64,000 bases of DNA, from assembly GCA_038496445.1 (NCBI GenBank), contig JALMLS010000471.1, positions 136,829 to 200,828 on the forward strand. Reading direction: 5' to 3'. Positions 12,850 to 25,854 of the stretch are shown piece by piece. Source of the stretch: Trichosphaerium sp. ATCC 40318. Taxonomy: Eukaryota > Protista > Tubulinea. The notes beneath the pieces are model-generated. The model saw only the letters and a list, made by a program, of their open reading frames with translations. It did not search any database and was not told the DNA's origin. The number at the start of each line of letters is the position of its first letter. The first letter of the stretch is position 1. Made by a program: the position numbers and the translations under genes.

Positions 12850-15800
12850 GTGACAGGTAATATGTCAACTTCTGTCAATTTTTTTTTGTCAACTTTCTGT
12901 GAACCTGTTCTCAACCTCTTCAGCTGTTTTTTTATTATTAACAAAGCATATCCTGCGAAGCGCATATATATGCTTAGGTTGAAAGACCTTTAATATTACG
13001 TTTCATGAAATACCTACAGTAATAATTGCTGACACAAAAAGTTGACAGAAAGTTGACCAAAAAATCAGTAAGTAGTTGGTAGAAATGAAGCCCTGAACCA
13101 CAACTAAGCTATTTAAAAACAAACCAAGAACTTCACCGTTTATATATATACTACAGGCGTCTCATCAGCTACAAGTAAACGCCACAATAGAGGAGGAAAT
13201 GAAGTTTATTAAAGTTTGGTAGCAAGGTATTTTTTCATTGATTTTTTTTTGATTATGATTGTTTTATTCTTTCGAAGCTATGAGCAAAGTTAATAGCTTA
13301 AATTTACCAAGATTCTAACCTTTAATGGCACTGTAAGGCGTTGGTTATGTTGAAGGCGTTGTTTTTTTTCTTTTTGGATTCTTTTAGCTTCTTTAGCTTC
13401 TCTTGCAGCTTTTTGTTGTGCTTTTAATTTTAGCAGCGGAGTATTAAGCCGTTTCACTAAACAACATTATAAGCAAAAATTAATGTAGCATTAGCACATG
13501 CACCGCTTTCTGATTTTCTCAGCTTGCTCTTTGTGCCTCTTCTCTGTGACAGCTTTGGGAGTGCCAACAGGTATTCCTTCTACTGTACGCATGCCATCCT
13601 TTAAGCTGCACTTTGCATAGTTTGCCAGAGAAGAAAACACAACATCACAAGCTCGCTTAGTAGTACCCTCAAATGTTAACACATTCTTGACATCGCAGTT
13701 GTTGCCCTCACTGATATTATTCGTTCGACAGTGCTCCCAAGGCGTATTCTTAACAGTCCAAAGAGCCCAAGTAGATGGAGGAGAGCTAGTAAAAAAAAAA
13801 GTTTAAAACGAAAAGTAAGGAAAAAATAAGAAAAAGGTTGTGGTATGAATTATGTAGTGTACTCGGTTATTTCGTTTGCAACCTCAATGTAAGTATTAGC
13901 TAAGTATTTAATAAATTGTTTGCAGTCATCGCTCTTCTCAATCACTTCTTTTTTAAAGGCGTGCCATTTACGATAGAATGCTTTCTCATTTTTTTCGTAT
14001 ATCAGCTCAGAAGAAACAAGCTTACACCATCTATTCTCTTCTTCACGCCCTTCTTTTTTCAATCCTAGCCTTGCTCGCCTTCGTCTATGAGCTTCTGCTA
14101 TATGGTAAATACACTGGGCTATTTTTAAGGGTCCCAGTACATTTGTAGCGGCTAAACAAATATTACTAGTTGTAAAACAAATGTTGGCAAAAAAAGTACC
14201 TCTTTTCATGTTTGTCTCTCCGTCAGTCATCAAACGCTCAAAAGGAGCACCACATACACTCTTTAGGTGCATAAACGCGTATTCATACTCTGCCAGTGTT
14301 TTATTCTTCATAATGGCGAAGCTAATACAAGTTCCTTTGGTGTAGTGTTCACCAACAGCCTTTACCCAAAAAAACAAAACCTAAAGTAAAATATATGAGC
14401 TAAAAAATCTTGTTTACTTTTACTACACGTACTTGAGCGTTAATATCCGCAATGCCAAAGGTGCCATCAACAAAGAGGACACTGGTATCAAGGTTGCGTA
14501 TTTTTTTGTCACAATCTGGCTCGACAAATGATATTACATCATTTGTGGCTTGAACAATTCTAGATGATTCAGGGTACATCATCCGAATGTTTGAGTAAAC
14601 CTGTGGGCATGTTAATCCAAGCATAATAAAAAACCAATACCTCATGGTGCATATCCTTTTCGTGGTGCACTCTACGCGCCAGGTATGCCATGTTATTAGC
14701 GTTAGGTACCTCATAGCCATTAAGAGGATCTTTAGATTCATCTTGTAAAAAAGCTTTATACTAGTACATAAAAACAATTGGTGATAGATGCTGATGTCAT
14801 TTTTCGTACCACACTTCGTTTTGGTATTTTGCATGCCAGATCTTTTTTAATGCTAGTTTTTGCGCCAGTTCCAAGTTTTAATTTATGAACGGGAATAGGG
14901 AGGCACTGTAGAGAATGCCCTAACAATTTTGGTTATTTTAAACTTCAATTAAACTGTTGTTGTTTATAGTACCTTCTGTTTGTCTGATATCCAACACTTG
15001 AGCATGTTCAGCGTCTTTACCAGCTCTTGAGACAATCTGTAACTTAGCTGTACAAATCCCGCGTCTTTTGCAACGGTAATACCATGTAATCCCTTTGTGT
15101 GTGTTTGCATGGCGTATGTGACTATATTGTCGAGCCCACTTTTTCTCTTTTGAACAATAAAAAACAGGGTTGTTTCCTTGGTTCCATGCAAGCAGCTTGA
15201 CATTACCTATTGATGGTATTGCTGGCCGTAATGGTGGCTCATTAGCGTCCAACATCAAACACAAATAGTAAGTATGGCTTGTTAAGTGATGTAGGATCTT
15301 TCAAACGCTCATAACACAATGTTCAAGGCTGTGTATACACTTCTTGAAGTTGTTTACAGATTTTTGTTATACTTACCTCCCATGTTACAAAAAAGTAACT
15401 ATTGATATCTCATGGTATGTTAGAAGCACTGTAGACATATTTCACCAATTGTAAAAAAGTATGGGGCAAAATCAAAAGATAATAAAGTAAACCATCTCGC
15501 AAGTACCTACACTATGCTTTTCTACGCGCAAAAACTCTCTTACAGTACAATATGCTGCTGTTGTGAAATAAAAACCTTAAACGGGTTAAAAATTTGCAAA
15601 ATGCATCACTATGTACTGTTTAAGGTGTAGTAGTACATACCATGTGAGATACGTGTAAAACCACATGGTACATTTAAAGCAAAAAAAAAACCCAACACGT
15701 GTTTTTTCTAAATCGGGCATCACTTTGTATTTTCAACTCAAATACGTTGTTTCTGGCTGTGCGTGCTGAAAATAATTTTTACAGCATTTTGTAACAAAGT

Positions 15801-15850
15801 TGACAACATCGTAAATATTGACAAAAAAAGTTGACAAAGTTACTATCACG
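12850..15850 (-). mobile_element. Mutator-like (MULE) DNA transposon, about 3.0 kb
   Basis: Flanked by the direct repeat TTCTTTTCG(G) at 12841-12849/50 and 15851-15859/60 (9-10 bp TSD). Imperfect TIRs are rich in TGTCAACTT/AAGTTGACA, and a transposase gene lies inside. Confidence 0.85.
13330..15320 (-). CDS. Intron-containing MULE transposase (boundaries approximate)
   Basis: Motifs LFVDGTF, LMTDGETNM, AQCIYH (CxxH) and RTNNISEG (DDE), with an N-terminal WYYRCKRRGICTAKL WRKY/FLYWCH-like zinc finger. Confidence 0.8.
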
Positions 15851-15992
15851 TTCTTTTCGGGTTGCCCTATTTTTCCGCTTGGTAGCATACGTACTACTTC
15901 ATGCTTGAAGAGAAGTAGCTATCAAATCACAAGGTGTTCATATTGTTGAGCTTGCTGACCGCTGGCACTATCAAAGGCATCGCTCATATGTA

Positions 15993-17600
15993 ATGCGGTT
16001 TGCGGACAAACTTAAAGAAGTTAAAAAGTCAACAACGTTAAGCTTAGCGCATTGTTAAGTGTTATAAGACAGCTGCGAAATGTTAAAAGCGAGGCTCGGA
16101 CGAACTGATTCGATAGTTATAGATGTACCACGAGAGTTTGTTCTACTCAGTACAGTTTTAACAGCTCAATTGGAGCAAATTGAAAGTGGAGAGACAGAAG
16201 ATGATTTTTTGATTATTTTACAATACGCGAAGGGTTTAAATGGCTTGTGAGTCACCACAACGAATCAATATCATCAATCTACGATTCAACTTACAAACTA
16301 CCTTCTGAAGAGCGTGGTAGGCGCTTAAAAGTCGTACGTCCTAAAGCTGTTACCTTTCCAACGCGTTAAAACGTGCTCTAGCCAAACTACAAAACTGACT
16401 CTCTCAGAGATATGTCTAATCTTTTTTTGGATAGATAAGCGAAGCAGCTGTTTGTTGTGACTACTTGGACTTTTCACTATCATCTCTTGCCGAAAACGTT
16501 ACGCGCATGCTACAGCTCGAGGGGTATGATATTGAAGATAGCTTGATTATGCATTGTTTACCTACATCCTTTTGTTCGGAAGCTATCCATTCGGCTTGGG
16601 AAGGACGTACGTTTTGATTAATTATACGGTATTTCTAACGATGGCAAGGTTGGTTTGGAATACTGAGAAGCCGTGGGACACGTGAAAAGCACTTAACTTC
16701 TTACGGAATAATAAGCATTTATGGGCTCTTTTTTCAAAGCAGTAAACGCTACTGTACAGGTTCTGTAACTTTTACTTTAAATGTAATTGATTTCATAACA
16801 CTGGGTGCTATAGACAACTACGCTGGAATCATTGTTGCCTAAGAATATTTAAGGAAACATCTGTTGGATGGAACTGCCGAGCTAAACATAGAAATTATAG
16901 CAGCTTGTTCTCCATTCTGGAGTGAATTGACAGTGAATGAAATTGTAGAATTGGAAAATCAAGGAGGAGACAATAGATGTCTTGGCAATGTCATTACTGA
17001 CAACATATCATCCTTTGCTCATCTCAAGGGTTTGGTAGAGAAAGTGCAAAGTTCCGACAAAGTGATAGCCAGAAAAATAAAATGTGACATCATATACAAC
17101 CTATCTCGTTCGGGAGGAAACAATACTGCCTTAGAACAAGTTATTGAGGTAGTAAAAGATGTGACACCTTCACGAACATGGAATATTATTAACACCTCGG
17201 TGTTTTCGTGAAGGAGCTTGTAAAAGTGGTGTATTTGTTTTTTAACTTTGTTGTTTTTAGCGAAGCTATTACCTGTTCCTTCAAACGCGTTTTCGTTCTC
17301 TAGATTACTGATGCGCGTTTTAGCTTCTCTTTCGTAGGAGGCTAATTCATTCGCTATTTATTGTTAGAGATGTATGAGAGCGATAGAAATGTAGTAGGAT
17401 TACTGTGTTTGATTAAATTAGCGAACGGTTGGGTTTCCCGTTGATTTCGTTGTACAAGCGCTTGAAGCACTTGAGTCTTCCACGTAGACATCGTCAGTGG
17501 ACGTGGAAGCCAATCTATGAATAAAAAAAATAAACGACTTAGACAGCTTGTTAAGGAACCACTAATTTGGTCTTAGACGCTACATTAGAACTGTTTAGCG
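15993..17600 (+). pseudogene. Degenerate or unresolved multi-exon helical-protein gene
   Basis: One 115-aa open stretch (16864-17211) plus scattered exon-like segments between GT/AG sites; no continuous frame was recovered. Confidence 0.25.
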
Positions 17601-18377
17601 CAAATAGTTGTCCTAGTAGACTAGGTACGAATACTGTTTCTTATGAAGTGCACGTGACTTTTCTTTGTTTTACACCAAGCGTCATGCATGTAGTTTTGAT
17701 AAGTCGCTGTCTATTGTCGTACCAGTGTATTGTCTGGTGCCTTTAAGGGTCTAAAACTTCGTACTTTCAAAGTCAAGCTGTTTATTTTTAACTTATCTGG
17801 AAGTACATCTGGTTGAGGTCACGACCCGAAAACAACGCTGCATGCAGAAGCTATTAAAGCCATCATCTAGGAATGCCTTCAGAGGTCCGATATGAAGGGC
17901 ATGGTATTAAAGTAGCCTAAATCTTGTGGTAAGGATTTACATCAAAAAATAGATTTAAACCTAAGTACAGTTAGGTACAATTCTGTGCGGATGAGAAGGA
18001 GAAAAAATGTTAAGACGGGAAGAATTGAAGTACTAAACGACCTCCCGAAAACAAACGTAAACATAACGTCTATAGTGATTCCACAAGTTACAAGATGAAA
18101 GTCAGCAAAGGTTTAACTTGTCAATTCAAATAGGCACGCTACTTTTTTCAAAACAATGCAACCAAGGGCTCGCTTTAAACATTGTCTAATGTTGAAGCTT
18201 GTTGTACAAAGCCCGTTGAGTATTCATTGGGTGCTGTTATGTAAACAGCTTTGTATATCGTTGCGTTAGTGTGGTATTGTTTGAGCTTTCTTGGTACACC
18301 AAAAGGTAACATAAAATTCGGCTACGGAAAGTCGTCCGTAATTTAGTTATTTGGTGCTATTGCAGGGCAAACCGACC

Positions 18378-18800
18378 TTAGAAGAACGTAGTTAGAGCAA
18401 AGCATCTGCGGGTGGAACGTTCGTAGCAACAACAGTACCGGATAGCACGACCGCAACAGCTTGATCTAATTATTTTGAAGAAATTGCTCTCCTGACAGTG
18501 TTTAGAAGCTTTTGTAACATCGTGCCAGATGCAACCTTCGTTGTAGAAAACATACGAGGAGTTTTTGCGAACGGAGCAAACCGTTATGTCAAGCAATGTG
18601 TACGTTAAACATTCTATTTGTCAAAACACCTTTTACATTGTACCCAACAGCTTGTACATCAATAAACGACGGAGTCTTAGCCTGTACTTTTTGTTTTTGA
18701 GGATTCTTTAATGTTCACAAGATAAACTCACCTGCATGAAAGAATGAAAACATGCTGGATGTAAGATAAATGATGGCTTCTTTACTGGCAATGGAAGGCT
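18378..18800 (-). CDS. Small Cys-rich hypothetical protein (spliced; start uncertain)
   Basis: The last exon has many Cys (CCGRAIRYCCCYERSTRRCF); short upstream exons have GT-AG introns. Confidence 0.3.
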
Positions 18801-18913
18801 AGTTTTGTAGGAAAAAAACAGGAATAGTAATTGACACAAAGTCACGAATCACGAGGAACTTGAAGTGAAAGGTGAAACGCTCTTACTCACTCACTGAGTG
18901 AACGGTTGCATAT

Positions 18914-21300
18914 TTATTCAACAAAAGGACCCCAGTATCCGTTATACTTGCCAAGAGCATCTTCACATGCTTTTGGTGATACCTTACCTCTGCGAGGGCT
19001 AAATACTGATGCTTGAGCTGTTTTTAGGTGGGCATGCATTTCAGCAAGTACTGTAGGTTCCTGACTTGCCAGATTAACGTGTTCAGTTGGATCTTTAAAT
19101 CAAAGTCAGTCAAAATTGAACGAATTGTCGTTTACCATTCTTAATATTGAAGAGGCAACCGCCGGTTCCACATGGCAGATGGTGGGCTTCTGATTGCCAG
19201 TCTGTAGTAATGTTAGGGTACTGTGGACCCGTCCAAGAATCTTGACTTATTGCACCAACAAGGAGCTATAAAATTTAGTTCATTACTTTACTAAAGTAGC
19301 TGTTACCTTCCATTCTCCAACTATTATGCCGTTAACTATTGTAGGTGTCATACTACCAACATGCGAGGGAGGATCTGGACTTCCCAGGGGAATTATATTA
19401 CGTGGACTTGTCGTAGTTTGTCCGGATAAAAGAGGCCACATGTTGAAGGAGTCGATTGGAGGTAATTTTGCTATACAAAGCTTAGAAAAGACTAATGACT
19501 TAATGTTACAGTTACCTTTAGCAGCTTTTTCATCCGTAGGATCAACACCTGCTATAGCACAGAATGTAGCATACCAATCCCATCCACATATGTATCCTTC
19601 TTCCTTAGTTCCTCTTCGTTCTTTTGGAATCTACTTTGTTTAAACAATAGTACAGAATCTCGAGAATTTGATTTTGTATGCGTACTAGACCTCCAGATAC
19701 AAAGGCGTTGACTCTTACGCCTCCTTCAAAATTACTCAACTTTCCTCCTCTGAGTGGCCAATTATTACCTCCAGCAGAACCTTACAAGGTGTTAAAATCA
19801 AGCTAGAAAAAAAGACCAGTGTGTTGTTTTTACCATTGTTATAGATTGGTCCTCCGTTATCTGATGACATTACAATCAATGTATCTTCAAACATTCCTTT
19901 TTCTTTTAGCTTATCTACTATCATACCAATACGGGAATCAATAAAGTTTACCATAGCCTGTTTAAATGTCACAATACGAAACTACAGGGAAGAGAAAGAT
20001 CGCGCACGTGGTACATTTGTCTTGGTTTTTTGTCGATAAACGAGAACTTGTCGACGTACTCTTGAGGTACCTTTGAGTATATTGGTGAATAAAGGCATTC
20101 TTAAATCATGGTATATTACCTGTAGAGGTTCGTGAATAGAGTGAGGTGCCCAGAATAGGAAGAGAGGGGTTGAAGGATCATGATTATCCACAACGTCAAA
20201 AACATATTGTTCAAATAACTGATCTTCGTAAACGCAATCGCTTGCTTGATTACTCTGACTGCATGTTTTTGGATTAGTAAGTGCACGTGCTGGCTCATCG
20301 GTATGCCACAAATCTACAATATCTTCGTTTGAACACCGACTAATGTTATACCTGCAGTACCATTAGGAATAACACGTGTAACAAAGTTGCAAATATCTAC
20401 TCAAAAAGCCGCCGACTCTTTTTTTTACACAAGAACGTACTTCCAGTAGTCGTTATCGTGGTGAAAGTAATGAAGACTTGTTTGATATCCTCTTCCACGA
20501 GGAGAATGGTCAGGTGTTGCCTACATTGTAGAAGTTAAATTCAAAAGTTTGTACTTGTACGAAGCTATACCATGCCAGCGTCCCTAGGATCGTTTAACAG
20601 TTTGATACTTATGAACTATTCCGTACCATTTCCCCGCCATGTGAGTAGCATAACCGGCACTCTTCATCTTTTCAGCAATGCCCGTCATGTTCCTTGGAAT
20701 GCCTTGAAAACCAGAAACAGGATCGGTAGCATTGTAGAAGGTTGGTGGGATATTTAACACATTGACGTGGATAGGATTTCTTCCTGATTGTATAGCAGAA
20801 CGGGTTGGAGAGCAGTACTATGTCAATTGGTTTATCAAAAGCAAGAAGAAAAACATGTGCGCAAAAAAAAAGAAAAGCATCGGAAAAGTAGGGCGAAAAG
20901 TAACATACCTTGAACACGTAATGTCTATCTAATTCTATGCCTTCAGCAACTAATGCATCCATGTTAGGTGTCTGAACCTCTTTAGTGGGTGGGTCCCTAT
21001 TAGTATGACGTTAGCCTTTGACATGATAAAGTGCTAGCTCGCTGGTAATAACAAATCTTTGTAAAAAACAGCAGGTAAGAAACTACTAAAAGTTGCCCAA
21101 CGTTTGGTTTTGGAAAGGGTTTTTTGGAAAGGGTCACAAGAAAAATCCGTTTTGATAAAACACTACTGTACGTACCTGTGGTAACCAACATTGGCCCAAC
21201 CGTAGTCGTCTATCAAAATGAATACCACGTGCGGTTTTGGAGGCTTTTGAGCATAAATTGACAATACCACCAGTGCTAATAGAACTAGTACGACACGCAT
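18914..21300 (-). CDS. Secreted or lysosomal arylsulfatase B-like sulfatase
   Basis: Signal peptide MRVVLVLLALVVLSIYA, then KPHVVFILIDDYGWANVGYH, the CSPTRSAIQSGR signature (CxPxR), SSDNGG, NWPLRGGK..FEGGVR, and the C-terminus YWGPFVE*. Confidence 0.93.
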
Positions 21301-21310
21301 TTTTTTTTTG

Positions 21311-22865
21311 ATTCCGCGATTGCTTGTGCTGTGTTCGAAAAGGTCGATTGATTTTCACGCTTAAGTCCAAGCTATTCAAAATCGTTTTATTTGCTGAATA
21401 ACGGTAAGGTATATTGATCTACACATTTTCAAATTATACTCACATGATAATCAATCTGGAGTTAGGGAAACGTTCTACAATAATTTACTGCTTAATATCA
21501 ATCAAAAGCTAGGGATAAAAGTTCTATTTTTTTTAGCGATTGATCAGTTGGCACTTGAGGTGCAGTAACGCTGCTTGATGATTGATATAGCCTCAAGTGT
21601 GTTCATATGATTACATACTAGTTCTTGTTAGACACAACCTTGCTCTGGTAGCAAGGTTTGTCGTCAATCTACCTCACAGAATTATATATCAGTGGTATTT
21701 ATTTCTTGCTGGGGATGCTCATATACACCGCTAACGTACTGTGCAAGGTGCTGACATCTTGTTAATTATCAAATACTGCATAACAAAAAATGTAGAGATC
21801 TAATAGTAGGTTGGAACTTTGTTTTTGGCTCTATTCGCGGAAAGAAATGTAAGGCCTTGAGTTACTTGGAGCAATAATGGATAATGGTAAAATTTACTAC
21901 TGGTACAACTTGCACTGAACACTGAGAATACACTGAAACAGAAAAGAATAAATTAAACAATATTGAGTAGATACTCTTGAAATCTCTTTGTTCCAGATAT
22001 AACAGAATATCTACACTTGATTTGAACCACAATTCTACTGCTGCAAAAGTCTCCGTTTAACTGGTATTGTCCGTTTCAGTCAAGCTGGGCATTAACATGT
22101 GAGTTTTGAAATAAAGGAAATAAATTACATCCTGACCACTCCTGCATATCCAAATCATGAATTTCTGTGGCGTTTCAATTGAGCAAGCGATTAAATACTA
22201 TAGTGAGAACCACAAAGAAGCTTACAATAACCTTGTTGTTGAACAACCTCAAATATTCGTAAAACACATGAAAAGGATTCTAGATCTCTCAAATACGCGT
22301 CTTGTACAACAACTTGATGATTTTATTCTGAAATCAAAGGATACCATCGCTGATAGGACAACTAAAGCGACCAATGTAACTTCATCACAACGGCGTCTGA
22401 ATACGAAAATCTCCTTATAATTCCAGTACAAATCCAAAGAAAAGTCCTTAAGAAATCCTTCAAGAATTTCAATGTAAATCCTTTGAAAATTCCAATGTAA
22501 ATTCTTAAAGAATTCCATACAAATTCCAAGGGAACTAAGGAAGAGTTTTTCCGGAAAAAAATCCTTAGGAAAAATTAAAGGAATCCTTTATAAATCCCAT
22601 TTTGATTTTACTACTGCTGCTCAATGTCGCCACTGTAAGAGGTCCGGTAGTCCGAGTGATAGGGATAAAGGTAAGGTTTATTATACGTCTTAATTACATG
22701 ACTTAAGTACAAATATAGCATCCTTACATTCCGCGATTGCTTGTGCTGTGTTCGAAAAGGTCGATTGATTTTCACGCTTAAGTCCAAGCTATTCAAAATC
22801 GTTTTATTTGCTGAATAACGGTAAGGTATATTGATCTACACATTTTCAAATTATACTCACATGAT
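21311..22865. repeat. 138-bp direct repeat (21311-21448 and 22728-22865) bracketing about 1.3 kb of other sequence
   Basis: The string ATTCCGCGATTGC...TATACTCACATGAT appears identically at both positions. Confidence 0.9.
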
Positions 22866-23700
22866 TTCTTTCCAATTCGCAAACAGTACGAAATGCCAAA
22901 ACAGTGTTTGTTACTTACGGAAATTAAACAAGGCACTAGTAACAGCGCACAAAGAACAAACAGATATTCTTGATCTCCCAGCCGAAGTAATTTCAAGCAT
23001 TTTAAATCAAACACGTGGGATTTCAAGATTCGCTGTTGCTCAATCATGTCGTGTGATGGCTGATATCATTCACGATATTGTTGGATATGAGAAAGTGTGT
23101 CTCTCTTCAGCAAAAGATGTTTTGAGGATTCGAGAGTACAATGGCATCAAGAAAAACAGTGTGATTAGCCTGACATGCACACAGACACTGACCGCTCTTC
23201 TCAATGGCTGCCGCAAAGTTAGTTTATCTCGTAGGCTTGATGTCACCCCAGCCGATATAGAAGCACTTGCAGGTGTTCATACAATTGATTTATCTGAGTG
23301 TCCACGTGTTAACAATAACTATATCAAAGCATTAAAAGGTGTTCATACCATATATATTACTGATGAAGGTATCAAAGCATTGAAAGACGTTCATAGCATT
23401 TGCCTTTATGGAACTTCAGTTACAGATGAAGGCATTAAAGTGCTAAAAGATGTTCATACAATCAACCTGTCGTACAAGAGTCACAGATGAGGTGTCAGAG
23501 CATTAAGTGGAGTTCATACTATTTTTCTTATAGCTAATTCAGTGACAGATGAAGGTTCAAGGCACTAAAAAATGTGCACAAAATTAGCCTTTTCAACTGT
23601 CAACTAGTTACATCATGAAGGCATCAAAGCATTAAAAGATGTTCATACTATTTCACTACCTTTGATGTTACTAAGGTTCCAACAATCCAGTTCTTTTGGG
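22861..23700 (+). pseudogene. F-box/LRR gene, frameshifted near 23480
   Basis: LDLPAEVISSIL F-box followed by TDEGIKALKDVHTI repeats, which continue in other frames after the stop at 23490. Confidence 0.75.
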
Positions 23701-24462
23701 TTGCCTTAAAGTACAGAATATGATCTAGTTTTTACTACTTTACTAATTCCTGTTTAGAGTAGGGATGATACAGGGTCAAATTGAAGCTTACAAAGAAACT
23801 TTATGAGGAGTTTATCAACGCTACACCAACGTATTTGGATATTCCATTCATATCAGTACCTGAAAGTATTCAGCCTGCTATATTGGCAGCATGGAGAGCA
23901 AAGTGGAGACAGAAGGAACATTTGTACGGTTTAAACTGGTACGTCGGGGTTTTTCTGTCAACATATCTGACAATTAATTGTAGGGGAATTTTGGATACGC
24001 TCAATTTAGCATACATATAGTACTAAAACTATAAGCTTACCGATTTCTTGTGAGTCTTATGGTAAAGAGCTCAGCCTTGTAATAAGTTCATAACAGGATA
24101 CCACTTGTATTCACATACGTGCTTTTAAGTCCAACTGTGTTCTTGTTTGTCTTGTTCCTATGTCGATTATGCTCTAAAAATACATTTGATTTCTTAGTCT
24201 TTTTTTTTAAGCCGAAAGGCCCACAATATCGGACGCACGCGCTACAGAAATCGAGTAAAGTAATAGTAAAACGACATAAAAACTGTGAGCTAACATCAGT
24301 AGTGTATACCTCAAGTGTTATTTGGTGGGCGTGTTTAAGTGTGTTGACTTCTTCGTTTCATAGTTTTTTCGCTTTATTGTTTCTGTTTTTACCTTGCGCA
24401 CGTGGAACTTAGCATTCCGAGACTATTTTTGGATTTGATTATCTTCATTAACGCCAAACGAA

Positions 24463-25310
24463 ATGTCTACAGAGTTTCGAGGATCCATAAATCAAGGAGC
24501 ATCATTACAGTTACCACCAGAGACATTAGCACATGTTTTTAGTTTTTTATGCAAAAGCCAACGCATCAAGGCTTCTATAGTCTCCCATTTGTTTAATGAC
24601 ATTATTCGCCATGTTGTTGGATTAAACGAGCTACTTTTGAGATCATCAGTAGATTGTCGATTTCTAAAGGGAAGTCCCTTGCTAAAGAGCACGGGTATTT
24701 ACTTTGGCATTAGACTCAAACTATCAACAGACGACTTAGCTTGCCTTCAGGGCGTTCACACGGTTAGCTTTACAAGTACAACTATAATTGACGAAGGTGT
24801 CCTTGCGTTAGTTCCAGGAGGAGAACATAACATCCACACGATAGACTTGGGATTCACAGATATAACAGACGTTTCATTGAAAGCTCTCAAAGGCGTCCAC
24901 ACGATTGATGTTTGGGGTTGTTCGAAAATTACAGTTGAAGGCATTAAGGCACTCAAAGGAGTTCACGAAATTACACTTGGAAACCCAGACAACTCATGGC
25001 TCAAACACCTAAATAATGTACACACGTTCATCTATTTGGTCGTCAAGTGCGTGATGAAGGCATCAAAGAACTGACAAATGTTAGAAATCTACAGTTAACA
25101 CGTACAGTAAACATTACAGACTCAGCCTTTAAGAACTTGGTAAATCTCGAACATCTTAGATTGTTGGATTGTTATAAGATAACAAACTCTTGTTTACAGT
25201 ATTTGACATCTTTAAAAAGTGTTGAAATCGTTAGAGGTACTAAGATAACAAAACAAGCTGTTGAAACATTAGGTATAAAATGGGTTAAATCAAAAATACA
25301 TATACGTTAA
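24463..25310 (+). pseudogene. F-box/LRR gene with one frameshift near 25030 (or a sequencing error)
   Basis: LQLPPETLAHVFSFL F-box and the same LRR type; ORF 25047-25310 continues the repeats (RDEGIKELTNVRNL). Confidence 0.75.
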
Positions 25311-25491
25311 ATAAACAGGTTGTAAATAAGCGGAGACATTTATGTAATATCACTGAATTCAGGTTTGACCTTACAGATCGCTTCTTTTGTTAGCGCTAAA
25401 ACTAGTTTTTCGATATTTGTGGAGCAAAAAATCACGTGCTTGTTAATATTAGGTCAAACCCTTCAATGAATTTTATTGTAAGATTCTTCAG

Positions 25492-25730
25492 GGGCTATAG
25501 TTTTGTCCGAATTTTCCGAAAACAAAAATTCGAAAGTGTAGAAAGATGCAGTCCACTAAACTAGAAAGCGCCTGGTTCACTTACGGTCGGGTCCTCGCTG
25601 TGCTCGGAACTAGAACCCCACCTTCGCTCACATATAGTGATCCATTGGTGGGTATAGGCATTCGGTTTTTGTATCGAATTCTATTTTTTCGAATTTTCTC
25701 TTTCGAAAAATTCGGAAAAACGTGGGTACG
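25492..25730. mobile_element. MITE, about 240 bp
   Basis: 8-bp direct repeat TTCTTCAG at 25484-25491 and 25731-25738; imperfect ~45-bp TIRs sharing TCCGAATTTT.CGAAA..AAAATTCGAAA. Confidence 0.7.
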
Positions 25731-25854
25731 TTCTTCAGTCACCTTCAATAGTATTCGTAACGAAACACTCGTAATTGATTATAATCTTATCATACTTTAT
25801 TACCGTATCGACAAAATACTCTACAACGGTTTAATACTCAATGTACATAAAAAT

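Noticed and set aside
22630-22680. GGTCCGGTAGTCCGAGTG resembling a tRNA 5' half or A box
   Set aside because: No T-arm/B box or acceptor-stem complement follows.
25546-25854. N-terminal 103 aa of the 444-aa ORF
   Set aside because: It starts inside a MITE; paralogs begin just before the F-box, so 25855 is the likelier start.
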